The notes under the pieces were generated by a model. The model had not been told where the DNA came from and made no database searches. It saw nothing but the letters and a program-made list of their open reading frames with translations. Below are positions 63,343-64,000 of a DNA stretch of 64,000 bases, piece by piece. How positions within the stretch are numbered: the stretch's first letter is position 1; every line of letters begins with the position of its first letter. This stretch comes from Eledone cirrhosa. Lineage: Eukaryota. Location: the NCBI GenBank assembly GCA_964016885.1, contig OZ024743.1, positions 23,002,001 to 23,066,000 of the forward strand, in the 5' to 3' direction. A program made the position numbers and the translations under genes.

Positions 63343-63845
63343 ATTTCGTTTCTGAATTTGTTTAGTAAGATTATTTATCTGAAAACGTGTGTTGAAACCG
63401 ATATTGTTATGCTTTGGGAGGGTCATGTTGCCAATAAGAAACACACGCACCAGTTGCTTTCACTCCAATTTATTTAAATTTAAGAATTTATAAATTAATT
63501 TTCGGTTGGTTGGTTCCACAACCGGACGGTTGTTCATATATTGTCAAAGTTCTTTCGTCACGCCTTCTGTGACCTCTTTAGTGAATGGGGATTCTTTTCT
63601 TTGTTTTTGTGCCTCTCCTTTGTTCTGTCCTACGCCATCTTGTTTTTTTGTCTAAACAAGAGGTCACAGAATGTGTGACGAAAGAACTTTGACAATATAT
63701 GAACAACCGTCCGGTTGTGGAACCAACCAACCAACCGGAAATTTATAAAATCTTAAATTTATAAATTTAACTTATAATAAATTGGAGTGAAAGCAAATGG
63801 TGTGTGTATTTCTTATAGGCAACATGACCCTCCCAAAGCATAACT
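63343..63845. mobile_element. Fold-back copy of the 10683/31383 hammerhead family (core decayed)
   Basis: Arms ~63404-63578 / 63659-63843; CTAAAGA replaces CTGAAGA. Confidence 0.75.
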
Positions 63846-64000
63846 GTTTCTACGTTAGGCACAAGGCCAGCAATTACCCAGTGCATTACTGGTACTTTAT
63901 TTTATCGACCCCGTAAGGATGAAAGGCAAAGTTAACCTCGGCGGGATTTGAACTCAGAATGGCAAGGGCCGTAACTCTATACGTCAAAGCATGGCGTCCG
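63846..64000 (-). mobile_element. tRNA-derived SINE (runs off the window)
   Basis: Reverse complement of the 47646 family. Confidence 0.85.

Overview
AT-rich, microsatellite-saturated eukaryotic DNA. The SINE type and repeat make-up suggest an octopus or other cephalopod (inference). No host protein-coding gene is supportable, and nearly all listed ORFs are microsatellite artefacts. The real coding remnants are all mobile elements: a 5'-truncated Penelope-like element (RT C-terminus + Cys linker + GIY-YIG), two decayed Tx1/L1-type LINEs plus two 3' fragments, all in (GATA)n, R4/Dong-like and CRE-like restriction-endonuclease tails, an RTE-type tail and a Tc1/mariner fragment. There are also tRNA-derived SINEs, a Helitron and MITEs. 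The main hidden structure is non-coding. About a dozen unrelated families of short elements sit in (TA)n tracts, mostly as fold-back inverted repeats or partial tandem repeats, and carry minimal type I hammerhead ribozyme motifs (more than 20 motifs or half-motifs read by eye). These include recurrent variant cores, UUGAAAA (U3-A8) and CAGAAGA. One variant lies in the terminal repeat of the Penelope-like element, linking them to Penelope-mobilised retrozyme-like elements. All folds were read manually and coordinates are approximate.
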